64,000 nucleotides of DNA. Source: an uncultured Hormoscilla sp. (lineage in GTDB: Bacteria; Cyanobacteriota; Cyanobacteriia; Cyanobacteriales; Desertifilaceae). The notes below the pieces were generated by a model. That model had not been told where the DNA came from and made no database searches. It saw only the letters and a list, made by a program, of their open reading frames with translations. Positions 31,081-43,296 of the stretch are shown here, in pieces. Position numbers and translations under genes: made by a program. Within the stretch, counting starts at the first letter, position 1, and the number at the start of each line of letters is the position of its first letter. The DNA lies in contig OZ001293.3 in NCBI GenBank assembly GCA_963921275.4, positions 320,001 through 384,000 of the forward strand, written 5' to 3'.

Positions 31081-32784
31081 TTAAATGTTGCTACATTCTA
31101 AGCCCTGTAATTCCCTCCCTTTCCTGTCATCTTGCTGGTGGGCGGTGCCCACCCTACAGAGACATTCTATTCTCGAAATTGCTGCTGCTGCTTCCTCTTC
31201 ATCTTCAGCTTGCTTCGCATGGTAATGGGCTAAATGTAGCGGTTTGATGTCCTCTATTTCTTGCCATTCCGCTTCCGGTTTGAGGGGAATATTCAAGAAA
31301 TAATTGTATGCTTGACGATGGGCTGCGCGCAGGTTTTCGAGTTTTTCACATAGCATTATTTCGCCCTTGGCCCGCCGGAGGGGATGCAGTTGAAAAGATC
31401 GGAGTTCGGGGTGATAAGATAATAAATGTCGGCGTTTGAGGGCGCGGATGATATCTTCTTTCAATTCATACAAACTCACTTCTGGCATCTGTGCGGCAAT
31501 GGCGCCACAGTCCAGGGGATATTCTGTTGTTTGATAGATGGAAATGCGGCCCAGACATGTCCGTTCTATGTCGCTGAGACGCGCTATAATTTCATCTGTC
31601 AGCTTTTCTAGCTCCCGAATTAGCAGCCAGTCTCTATCCTGCAAAAACTTGCCGACGTTGCCAGCAAATTCCAAGTCATTGATAATTAAGGTGGCAAGCT
31701 GTTCTAAGGCTTGGGGATGGCCTTGATAGCCTGTAGCTAGTCGTGCTAATTCTGAGTCTGAGGCCGTCAGGTGAAAAGTTTGCAGCAGGGCAATGGCAGC
31801 TTCTGGTTGCAGTCCTGTCAGGGGCAGTTCCCGGGTGAAAGTAGGGGGCATTTCGGCTATGCTTTCCCGACTGATAAAGAGGATCTTGCTCTGATGTTCC
31901 GTTGCTACCAGTTCTCGGAATAACCATTTATATTCGAGACAGTCATTGGCAATATATCCCGCCGTGCTGGCGGCGCGGCTTTGCAAGACTGTCTCGACGC
32001 TATCGAATACCAGTATGCAGGGTTTGCGCTTGAGAATCTCGATCAGTCTTTGGGTCTTTTGCTGATAATCTTCTGGGGAGATTACTGTTGGGGTGGTTTC
32101 GCTTTTTCCTAACAGCGGACAGGCCCCAGCATGACAGCTTGCGGCGATCGCAGTGGAACTGCTTTTCCTCGAAAGGGTGGATAACAAACTTTCAAGGATG
32201 CGATCGCATGGGGGTGGTTTGTCGGTGGGCGATCGCAAGTTAGCCCAGGCGGCGGCAAGGAAGGGAGCATTTTCGCTGTGGAGTTCGCGGAGTAGCTGAC
32301 TGACGAGGGTAGTTTTGCTGATGGCTGCCATGCCGACGATACTGATACCGGTGATGGGTGCGATCGTAGGATAGGCGTCTCGCCTGTCACTGTTCGTAGT
32401 AAGCACTTCAGTGCTTCCCCCCATGACATTGGTATCGAGAATTTGAGCTTTCAGAGTTGCCAGTGCCTGCGTGCGCCCCACCCAGTTCCTCACTGGCGGT
32501 AAGTTGTCCGGTAGGGTAAAGCCTCGATCGGACTGATGCGCCTCCGCTTCCATAAACTCGTCGCGCTCAATGATATCTTCCCAGTTATCGATACCTACAG
32601 CCTTGCAGATATCGATAAACGTCTCTCGTTTAATTGGATGTCGCTGCCAAAACCGCTTCAAGGTAGCGTTTGAAGTAAAGGCCGCGTCACGCCAACTCTC
32701 AGATGATTTCTTCCACCCAAAATTGCGTCTGGCTAGATTAACGATTCTCAGCCCCTCTTCCGATGCTCTGAGTGACCCTGCCAT
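31081..32784 (-). CDS. NB-ARC/STAND-like NTPase with an N-terminal HTH-like domain; degenerate Walker A
   Basis: WVGR, GMAAISKT, LVFDSVE, FISRE and GHPQAL; contains a repeat-derived STEVLTTN insert. Confidence 0.75.
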   Translation of the reverse strand: MAGSLRASEEGLRIVNLARRNFGWKKSSESWRDAAFTSNATLKRFWQRHPIKRETFIDICKAVGIDNWEDIIERDEFMEAEAHQSDRGFTLPDNLPPVRNWVGRTQALATLKAQILDTNVMGGSTEVLTTNSDRRDAYPTIAPITGISIVGMAAISKTTLVSQLLRELHSENAPFLAAAWANLRSPTDKPPPCDRILESLLSTLSRKSSSTAIAASCHAGACPLLGKSETTPTVISPEDYQQKTQRLIEILKRKPCILVFDSVETVLQSRAASTAGYIANDCLEYKWLFRELVATEHQSKILFISRESIAEMPPTFTRELPLTGLQPEAAIALLQTFHLTASDSELARLATGYQGHPQALEQLATLIINDLEFAGNVGKFLQDRDWLLIRELEKLTDEIIARLSDIERTCLGRISIYQTTEYPLDCGAIAAQMPEVSLYELKEDIIRALKRRHLLSYHPELRSFQLHPLRRAKGEIMLCEKLENLRAAHRQAYNYFLNIPLKPEAEWQEIEDIKPLHLAHYHAKQAEDEEEAAAAISRIECLCRVGTAHQQDDRKGRELQGLECSNI

Positions 32785-32853
32785 AAGGCTTAGCTCCTGC
32801 CGGTGTTCTATCTAGTCTAGATGGGATTATTGGTCATTTTAGCAGGGAATAAC

Positions 32854-32945
32854 TGAGCTAACTGAGCCAAGTGAGACAAGTGAGACAAAATTTTGAGCCA
32901 AATGAGCCAAAATTTTGAGCTAAATGAGACAAAAACTGAGACAAA
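32854..32945 (+). repeat. Array of about 9 TGAG(A/C)(C/T)AA direct repeats in a divergent intergenic region
   Basis: Seen directly; TTGACA follows at 32951. Confidence 0.8.
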
Positions 32946-33118
32946 TAAGATTGACAGTTGTTAGGAAAATAAGGCAAGATATAAGAGGGTGAAGTTAAAG
33001 AACCCGATATCAGTTCTCCATGACGGTAGCAGCGACCTTGGGTTAAATGGATACCAATGGTTGTTGCTAGATTGTGGTAGTTAGCTAGCTAAGCGGAATT
33101 CGAGAGAGGTATTTACTT

Positions 33119-33850
33119 ATGAAATTATCTCATAGTAAATTAGGCAGTACAGCAGCCAGTATTGTTCTAGCAGCCGTTTCTACCTTATTAACTGCTTTGC
33201 CTTCTCAGGCAGATGGTTATAGGATTGGTTTTTCTAACGGCTGTCATTCCGCGACTATAAGAGTTGCTGTATCTTGGAAGGATACTAATTCAGGTGAATG
33301 GATCGATCAGGGTTGGTATGAGTTTTCACCAGGTGAACGATCTCTTTTGAATGGGCCTCGGACAAGAAACAGAACGTTCTACTACTATGCAGAATCCACT
33401 GATGGTTCAAAGAAATGGTATTCAAACGATCAGCCTGCATTAGTTGTAAATGGCCGAGTTATAGTCCTAGAAGGGAAGTTGCTGATTTTTCTAATGGCTG
33501 CTAATAACTCTGGTACTAGAGCCACAGTTAATGTTGTTGGGTTAGACAGAAAAGAAAATGTATTATTTGTGTCAAAACACTTGGATATTCCTACAGCTTG
33601 CGGCAGATGGGATACCTGTTCTTCAGATCGAAGGGGTCGTAGAGATCAACAGATTTCACCTGAGATAGCAAAATTTGTAAATCGTCTCAGAATCCACCTT
33701 TCCGATCGTCAAGGTCCGAGCATTTATAGCAGAATGACCCGAGCCATTCGCGAATCTTGCAGTACTTACGACGAACTACCTGTTACAGCTCGGGCCGCTA
33801 TAGCTGCTGAAACTGGCTTTCCAGGCTGCAATCCTGCGGGCGCACCCTGA
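33119..33850 (+). CDS. Secreted protein with a DUF1036-like domain
   Basis: Signal peptide; N.C...IRVAVS...W..QGWY...PGE...YYYAE. Confidence 0.65.
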   Translation: MKLSHSKLGSTAASIVLAAVSTLLTALPSQADGYRIGFSNGCHSATIRVAVSWKDTNSGEWIDQGWYEFSPGERSLLNGPRTRNRTFYYYAESTDGSKKWYSNDQPALVVNGRVIVLEGKLLIFLMAANNSGTRATVNVVGLDRKENVLFVSKHLDIPTACGRWDTCSSDRRGRRDQQISPEIAKFVNRLRIHLSDRQGPSIYSRMTRAIRESCSTYDELPVTARAAIAAETGFPGCNPAGAP

Positions 33851-34725
33851 AGCGCGTGAGCCACTTGAATTGCCAGTGGTGATAAAACAAGTTTACCACT
33901 ACCAAAAAATTATCCTTGTAGGGGCGAAGCATTGCGGCTTCGCCCCTACCCCGCGACAGAGGAATTATAGCTTCGTTTCATCATATCCCTTGTCTTCGGG
34001 GGCCGGGCGAAGCATTTGGATCCCATATTATTCATTTATCCCCATCACCGATCGCCCAAATGCGGGCCCCTACAGCTTCTGGTGTTCCCGATAACTTTTC
34101 TGCTGGAGAAAGGGTGCGATCGCCTTCCGTTATATTGACAATACCACGTCCGAGGGCGTCCGAGGGTAGGGGCACGGCATCAAATAACTATGCGATCGCC
34201 CCCGAAAATTAACGTTCCGCCGTGCCCCGACGCGATCCGATCGCAATATCCATCCGGGGCACGGCAATAGATAGATCCGCGATCGTACCCGAAAATCAAC
34301 TGATGCCGTGCCCCTACTACATATTGTGTCAAATTGGTCCAGCGCCGCGATCGCCTTCCATTCTGTTAACAATTTCATCTTTGAATAGGGAAACCCGCTG
34401 GCGGGTTTTATTTTTGTAGACGCGACTGGTGTTCCCGATAACTTTTCTGCTGGATAAAGGGTGCGATCGTGCGATCGTCTTGTAGGGGCGGCCTTCGCAG
34501 CGGCTGCGCAGCAGCTAGCATTGCGGCGATCGAAAAAAGCATTGCTCAAGTTTCAAAAACGCGCTTAACCCTTGCGCTGTGGGAATTTTGCTCTCTCTTT
34601 TTCAAACTACGAACTACGAACTACTTACACCCCACGCACCGATCTCGCAGTCTGGTGTCCCGATCGGGCGCGACCTGTGCTTCTCCCTTTTCTGGCATCG
34701 CCTTATGTGGTATACTATAGAGTAG

Positions 34726-35055
34726 ATGCGCGATCGAACCAAAAAAGACATTCGATATTTTCTTTATAGTTCCGACACCACTGGGCTTTACCGTTCGCAC
34801 TACAGTTTACTACTGGGACTTATTACCACCGACAAGCATCCCATAATGCTGGGTAGAGAAGTTGACGTGCAGGAAACATTGCGAATGATGAAATTTGTCG
34901 GAGTCGAGAAAACCCACATGTATCTTTTTTATCGATTGGAACGTCCCTTACGGTGGCTATGCGCGGTTGCCAAGCGCCTCAACGGCGAAGGTTTTTTGAT
35001 TACTGCTTATCCCACCGATGCAATTAAGGAAGGCGAACAAATATGGGTCAAGTAA
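34726..35055 (+). pseudogene. Small toxin-like protein preceding a DUF2283-like gene, apparently frameshifted
   Basis: KHP and GFLITAYPTD motifs; overlaps the next ORF. Confidence 0.5.
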
Positions 35056-35255
35056 AAATTATTCACGATCGGATTGGCAATACCCTGACGGTTTGGTGGG
35101 GAAATCCACAAAATGAATATGTTTGCGAAGAAACGGGGAATGGTGTTATCCAGATGAAAGACCGCAATGGGCAAGTCATTGGTTTTGAAAAGCTTTATTT
35201 CCAAGTGGATGATTCTGAACCCTTACAGTGCGCTTTGTCAACAGTCGAGATTTGA
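35043..35255 (+). CDS. DUF2283-like small protein
   Basis: D..GNTLTVWW...KDRNGQVIGFE. Confidence 0.7.
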   Translation: MGQVKIIHDRIGNTLTVWWGNPQNEYVCEETGNGVIQMKDRNGQVIGFEKLYFQVDDSEPLQCALSTVEI

Positions 35256-35469
35256 ATGGTAAAAGTAGTACCGCCCACCAATGCAGTCGAGCGGTAGGGT
35301 GGCAATACTTCTCGGTTAAGCATGGCGGCAGGTACATTGTCATTGCGAGGGGGGGGTACGTAGCGATAACTTATGCTCAATTGAGGTAATGGTGCTTACA
35401 TCTTGCGCCGATCGCCATAACCCTTGGCGGGCCATGAGGCTAATCTCCAATGGCGCAAGTGCGATCGGC

Positions 35470-36093
35470 CTATGGAAACAAGTCGCGGACCCTCAAGGAA
35501 CCCACAGTCCGATCGCCGATCGCCACCTCAACTGCATCGGATAGGCTATAATATTGGCGCTGCTGATAAAGTGGCCCTGACGGAAGCTCAACCGGTTGGG
35601 AATAAACTTCAAGTTGCCTTTCCACAAGATTAACAATCCAATAAACCGGTATTCCCGCCCGCCCATAGAGGCGTTGTTTCAAAGTGCGATCGCGTTCCAG
35701 GGTAGAGTCAGCAACTTCCACCACTAAACTTAAGTCTCGCGCACCTGGATGGCGATCGAGATAATCGCGGGTATCGCCTCGCACGACCACAATATCTGGT
35801 TCCGGCTCGCTATCATCTAGTGTAATGGGTTCTTGCGAGTCTACGTACCAGCCGTCAGGTGCGATCGCTTCCAGAGCATTTCGAGTTAGCTTAGTAGCAG
35901 CGCGATGTTGAGGATTTTTGGGCATTTTCTGAATTAACCAACCTTCCAGCAGTTCGATCGCATCATCGGAGTCGAGGATACCCGATCGAATCATTTGGTG
36001 ATACTGCTCGACCGTCAAGCGCCAAACAGGTTCAGTGGGTACAGCCAGAGGTTGGCTCTTAATTTGCCGATCTGTTTTAGTAGAGACAGACAA
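35470..36093 (-). CDS. Uma2 family endonuclease
   Basis: LTVEQYHQM, EPEPD, VEVADST and YWIVNL. Confidence 0.92.
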   Translation of the reverse strand: MSVSTKTDRQIKSQPLAVPTEPVWRLTVEQYHQMIRSGILDSDDAIELLEGWLIQKMPKNPQHRAATKLTRNALEAIAPDGWYVDSQEPITLDDSEPEPDIVVVRGDTRDYLDRHPGARDLSLVVEVADSTLERDRTLKQRLYGRAGIPVYWIVNLVERQLEVYSQPVELPSGPLYQQRQYYSLSDAVEVAIGDRTVGSLRVRDLFP

Positions 36094-36209
36094 TTCTTTT
36101 CTCCTGTCAGAGCTTATCCCATCCTAGCACATCCGCTCTGGCTCTATCAGCTTCCTTGACGGTGTCTCCTGGGAGCGCTACTCGCACATTCATAGGAGAC
36201 ACCGCTCAG

Positions 36210-36593
36210 TCATCCGACAGTCTGAGGTTTAGCTATTTTATCTTCTCTATGAGCCCCAGCGTCAACTTCTCCATGCTTGTCCCGATGCACCAACTCGCCA
36301 AACAGCTCAAAAAACCTATCCAAAGCTTCCCTCTCATCTTCAGAATAAAAGAGAATGATTCGATCCCATGACTGAGTTGAAGGTTGGTCAAATCGCCTCT
36401 CGATCCACTCTTGAAACTCTTCAAATTCCCGTTCTTCTTCTGTTATCGGCACTTCCATTTCTCTTCGCGCCAAGCTGTACTCATCCAAAAACACCTGCAA
36501 ATGACTAAGCGATCGTCTCCCCAAATACATAAAATGTCTTTGTTTAATCTTTGTCAACATTTCATAAAAACTGCTCATCTTCTTTTCCCTCAA
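36210..36593 (-). CDS. Hypothetical protein
   Basis: MYLGRRS...FQEWI...SWDRII...FFELF pattern. Confidence 0.65.
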   Translation of the reverse strand: MREKKMSSFYEMLTKIKQRHFMYLGRRSLSHLQVFLDEYSLARREMEVPITEEEREFEEFQEWIERRFDQPSTQSWDRIILFYSEDEREALDRFFELFGELVHRDKHGEVDAGAHREDKIAKPQTVG

Positions 36594-36680
36594 TCTTTGT
36601 TACCCAACGAACGCAACCTCAATAACATCTATTGGTTGGGTTTCGTCCGGAAACCCAACCGGAGGGCGATCGTCGCAGAA

Positions 36681-36954
36681 TTAGTCATCACGTAATTCGT
36701 CAGCGATTTGGTCATAGTCTAGGTTGATTACCGGGATTTTCATTCGTCCGATAGCGCAGCGTGGCGCAGCCATGTTCAAACATAAATTGAATTTTGTTCA
36801 TGTGACAAAATTCAGCGGCCTTGCCTAGAGACAACCGCCGTAACTCATACAGTTTTACTGCCAGCAAGAAGACCAGTTCTGCTTCTAAATCTTGGGGTGA
36901 TTTGCCCGAGGTAATGAGTAACTCCTCGGGGTAGGAAATAGACATATCTGGCAT
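36681..36954 (-). pseudogene. UPF0175 family protein frameshifted by a 22-bp repeat insertion
   Basis: LAVKLYE...SLGKAAE; deleting 36752-36773 restores FELGRMKIPVINLD...ELRDD*. Confidence 0.85.
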
Positions 36955-37223
36955 AGTTGTCTGAGGTAGTTAATCTGGTGTAATGCGATCGGTATCACTT
37001 GAAAATACATTATACTTACATCTTGCACCGATCGCAACAACCAGCTTTTTCTATAATGTTTTCAGTCGGTTTTAACCGACTTTAGCTATTAGCGGGAGGT
37101 TTTAACCCCCGGCGGGCCATGAGGCTAATCGAGAATGGTGCAATATCTCATTTATAGCATAATTATGCGCTTCTTGAGGTACAGTGAGATCGCCTCTCAA
37201 ATCTTTCCGTTGACTAGATTTTC

Positions 37224-37515
37224 TCACAGCAACACCGCCTCTTGCAATACCCGATCGCGGATGCTAGTTTTCAAACCATTTTCGGTCACCACATCCACAT
37301 TTATCCCCAGCAAGCTTTCCAACTCACGAATTAATCGTACTGGAAACCAAGGACTGAGATTTTCCCCTAAATATATCAAAAAATTAATACGCTTCGCTGC
37401 TATCTGCATCAGCTTCTCCCCTAGCTACCGAACCAAAAACCCGCACAAGCGCCATGTTTCGCCGCTATTTGCAGGATCTTTCTCGCTTTTCTTTCTGCAG
37501 TTACTCAATACCCAT
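37224..37515 (-). pseudogene. Minimal nucleotidyltransferase (MNT) remnant
   Basis: VRVFGSVARGEA and ELESLLGINVDVVT lie in different frames; early stop. Confidence 0.8.
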
Positions 37516-37716
37516 CGCCCGATCGCCTCTATCAACCCATTTTGACTACATCATCCATCTTAGCACAGAACCCAAGATTTCGGCAAGCGCTCGAGAATTA
37601 TTCATACCCAGAAACCCGGTTTCTCCAAGAAACGGGTTTCTTAGACTTGATAATAGACATCCAGGTTAGCTATAATCTACAATAGAAGCGATAGTTCAGA
37701 TAGTGAAGAGGTCGAG

Positions 37717-38013
37717 ATGACAAAAACCGCTACTCATAATGTGCTATTGGCACCGGAACAATATGAAACCCTAGCCCAGATGGCCAGTCAAGAAGGTCGC
37801 AGCATTTCCGATCTAGCACAAGAAATGGTGCGCTTAGGGCTAGAAACTCGGGAAAAGCAAAAACAGCACAACTTGAAAATCCTCGATCGTTTAACCCAGC
37901 GGCGCATCAAATACCATCGCCAGCACGGTATGTATCCAGGCGATCTAGTTGCCCAAGTCCGAGCCGAACGGGAAAAACAAATTGACAGGGTAATCAGAGG
38001 TGAACCAGGCTAA
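37717..38013 (+). CDS. Ribbon-helix-helix/antitoxin-like small protein
   Basis: LAQMASQEGRSISDLAQE. Confidence 0.6.
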   Translation: MTKTATHNVLLAPEQYETLAQMASQEGRSISDLAQEMVRLGLETREKQKQHNLKILDRLTQRRIKYHRQHGMYPGDLVAQVRAEREKQIDRVIRGEPG

Positions 38014-38060
38014 CTATAATAGACAAGAGAAGCAAGTGTTCAGATAGTGAAGAAGTCAAG

Positions 38061-38297
38061 ATGACCCCAAAAAATCTAGCACAAGAAATGCTGCGCTTAG
38101 AGCTAGAAACTCGGGAAAAACAAAAACAGCACAACTTGGCAATTCTCGATCGCGTAGCGTGCGCGCAGCGCAATCGTTTGACCCTCCTCCGGGAAGAAAT
38201 ATACCAAACTCACGGTATGTTTCCAGGCGATCTAGTTGTCCAAGTCCGGGCCGAACGGGAAAAACAAATTGACAGAGTAATGAGAGGTGAACCATGA
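38061..38297 (+). pseudogene. Tandem duplicate of 37717-38013 with an N-terminal deletion and a 24-bp insertion
   Basis: Near-identical sequence with RVACAQRN inserted. Confidence 0.75.
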
Positions 38298-38357
38298 AAA
38301 TCCGATTTATTAATATTAATTAAAATAGCTTTAGAGTTATATAAAGTTATTTAGTTA

Positions 38358-39360
38358 ACGTGAGTTCGACGGACTGGACAAAAGCGAAAGAAAGGCGGAG
38401 ACTGGGTTTGAAGGATTTTCGTCTCTGCCACCATGAGTCAAATTGTATCGCGCCTGGACATCACCAGCATCTTCTGCGATGTAGACGACTTCTGTCAGTT
38501 TTTCGAGCGCCAGTGGAAACAGCAGCCCCAGTTGCCCTCTATGCCAGGGGAACGGCGATTTCGTTCCCGTATGAGTCTATCAGAAATCATGACGATCGCG
38601 ATCGCCTTCCATGGCTCGGGTTTTCGCATTTTCAAGGAGTTCTACACTTTGTGTGTACTCCCCCATTGGCACAAAGCCTTCCCCAATTTGGTCAGCTACA
38701 CACGCTTTGTCGAGTTGATGCCCTGGTGTTTGATGCTATTGTGTTGCTTCCTTCACACCCGAAAAGGGGAAGTAACTGGTATTTCTTTTGTCGATTCTAT
38801 TCCGATAGAAGTCTGTAGCCTTTGTTGTGCCCGGGGTCACATGGTTTTTGAGGGACTGGCTCATTGGGGGAAAACTCGGTGGGTTGGCTCTTTGGATTCA
38901 AGTTGCTCCTGGTTATCAATGCTCGAGGAGAACTGTTGGCTTTCAAACTGACTCCCGGGAATATTGACGATCGGAAACTTGTACCAGACATGGCTCAAGA
39001 TTTGTTTGGTAAGTTGTTTGGCGATCGAGGGTATGTCTCTTAAAAACTATTCGAGGGGTTGTACGAGTAAGGTTTTCAATTGATTACCAAATATAAACGA
39101 AAGATGAAAAACGGCTTTGTTAAGATGGTGGACAAAATTTTCCTCCGGAAGCGAGCCTTGATTTCATCGGTCAACGACCAACTCAAGAACATCTGTCAAA
39201 TCGAACATTCTCGCTATCGTAGCGTGTTCAACTTCCTGGTCAACCTGCTGGCCGGGTTGGTGGCTTACACCTACGCTGATCAAAAACCTCGCCTCGTTCT
39301 GGAGTTCAAAGGCTTACTAGCACTGCCTCCTGCTTTCTTCTAGTTTCGTCGAACTCACGT
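38358..39360 (+). mobile_element. IS982-family insertion sequence, transposase pseudogenised
   Basis: TIR ACGTGAGTTCGACG/CGTCGAACTCACGT; 7-bp duplication TTAGTTA; IFCDVDDF and QIEHSR motifs; frameshift and stops. Confidence 0.92.
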
Positions 39361-39524
39361 TTAGTTAATATTTCAACAAACTGAAACCCTTACCCTGTGG
39401 GGGTTACAGCTTTTGTATCTTGGCCAGCGATCGCAAAGGATCGACTCGTTATATAGATGGTCTCACCCCTTAGCTGCTAATGTAGGATGGTACCCAACAG
39501 ACCCCTAGCGCCTAACATTTAGTT

Positions 39525-40616
39525 ATGCCCCGACCTGTTTTATACATCGCCATCACCAATCACGGATTCGGTCATGCCGTGAGAGCATCATCGGTGGCCG
39601 CAGCCCTGAAGCAACGGTATCCCGAACTGCTGCTGATTCTGGTGACAGCCGCACCGCGATGGTTGCTAGAATCCTACATTCCCGGGGATTTCATTCATCG
39701 CCCTCGGGCCTTCGATGTGGGCGTGATTCAATCTGATAGCTTGACAATGGATAAGGACGCAACTCTAGAAAAATTGCGGCATATTCGCGCTCAACAAAAA
39801 TCAATTGTCGCCGGAGAAGTCAGTTATATCCGTCAAAATCGGGTAGGTCTAGTTTTGGCTGATATCCCCCCCTTGGCAGCGGAAATTGCCACAGCCGCTG
39901 GGATTCCCTGTTGGATGTTGAGTAATTTCGGTTGGGATTTTATTTATCGAGATTGGGGCGGTGAGTTTCTCGAAATTGCCGATTGGATTGGCCAGTCTTA
40001 CCAAAAGTGCGATCGGCTATTTCGCCTCCCCCTCTACGAACCCATGACTGCCTTTGAGAATATTACCGATGTCGGGTTAACTGGCGGCAACTCGCGCTAT
40101 ACTGCTGCCGAAATCCGCGATCGCCTGGAACTAACAGCACCTCGGGAAAAAACCATCTTACTCACCTTTGGGGGACTGAGTTTGCAGGCCATTCCCTACC
40201 AAATATTGCCACAGTTTCCTGATTGGCAATTCATCACCCTGGATCGACTTGCACCTGACTTACCCAATTTACTGAAAATTTCTGGTCAAGAATACCGTCC
40301 CGTAGACATAATGCCAGCCTGCGGGCGCGTAATTTCTAAACCTGGATACAGCACCTTTGCCGAAGCTATGCAACAGGAAGTACCAATTATCTCTCTGACC
40401 AGGGAGGGTTTTGCCGAAACCCCCCTGTTGCTGGCTGGCATTCAAGATTATAGTTATCATCAAATTATTACCCCCGCTGAGTTTTACTCTAGCAATTGGC
40501 AGTTACTGCGGCAAGCACCCCTGCCCCCCCGCCAGCAGTCACCCTTGGATAAAAATGGCAGCCAGGCGATCGCCCGAGAAGTGGCGAACTATTTTAAGAG
40601 TTTAAATAAAACTTGA
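39525..40616 (+). CDS. GT-B glycosyltransferase-like protein
   Basis: HGFGHAVR, SNFGWD and SKPGYST. Confidence 0.8.
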   Translation: MPRPVLYIAITNHGFGHAVRASSVAAALKQRYPELLLILVTAAPRWLLESYIPGDFIHRPRAFDVGVIQSDSLTMDKDATLEKLRHIRAQQKSIVAGEVSYIRQNRVGLVLADIPPLAAEIATAAGIPCWMLSNFGWDFIYRDWGGEFLEIADWIGQSYQKCDRLFRLPLYEPMTAFENITDVGLTGGNSRYTAAEIRDRLELTAPREKTILLTFGGLSLQAIPYQILPQFPDWQFITLDRLAPDLPNLLKISGQEYRPVDIMPACGRVISKPGYSTFAEAMQQEVPIISLTREGFAETPLLLAGIQDYSYHQIITPAEFYSSNWQLLRQAPLPPRQQSPLDKNGSQAIAREVANYFKSLNKT

Positions 40617-40628
40617 CAATTAACCAAG

Positions 40629-41048
40629 ATGAGTCATTATCAACAGCAACTGCGAATCAAAACCAGAGGCAAATCCTTTTGCCGCATCACATCTAACCTG
40701 CAAGAAATAGTCACATATTCAGGGATCCAAACGGGACTATGTACCATATTTTTGCGTCACACATCAGCTAGCTTGCTGATCCAAGAAAACGCCGATCCAG
40801 ACATGCTTAAAGACATGGAAAACTTCTTTGCCAAGCTAGTGCCAGAGGATGGCAAAAGCTACATTCACGATACCGAAGGACCGGACGACATGCCTGCCCA
40901 TATTCGCACAGCCCTCACCAAGACATCAGAACAGATCCCCATTCATCAAGGAAAATTGCTGCTAGGAACCTGGCAGGGCATTTACCTTTGGGAGCACCGG
41001 CAGCAGGGGCATTCCCGAGAAATCATCGTTCACATTACAGGCAATTGA
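40629..41048 (+). CDS. yjbQ: YjbQ/UPF0047 family protein
   Basis: HTSASLLIQENADP, MPAHIR and LGTWQG. Confidence 0.9.
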   Translation: MSHYQQQLRIKTRGKSFCRITSNLQEIVTYSGIQTGLCTIFLRHTSASLLIQENADPDMLKDMENFFAKLVPEDGKSYIHDTEGPDDMPAHIRTALTKTSEQIPIHQGKLLLGTWQGIYLWEHRQQGHSREIIVHITGN

Positions 41049-41088
41049 GCTAAAATAATATTCAGAAACACCCCACTAGAGGGGTGAA

Positions 41089-43236
<2,148 letters not shown>

Positions 43237-43296
43237 AGCTTATCAGGGTGGATGGCCAATCAGAGTATAGATTATTATCCCCAAGGTGATGATTGG

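Noticed and set aside
33918..34320. GTAGGGGC REP-type palindromes and the ORFs overlapping them
   Set aside because: Common cyanobacterial REP-like repeats with no associated transposase here; the ORFs look spurious
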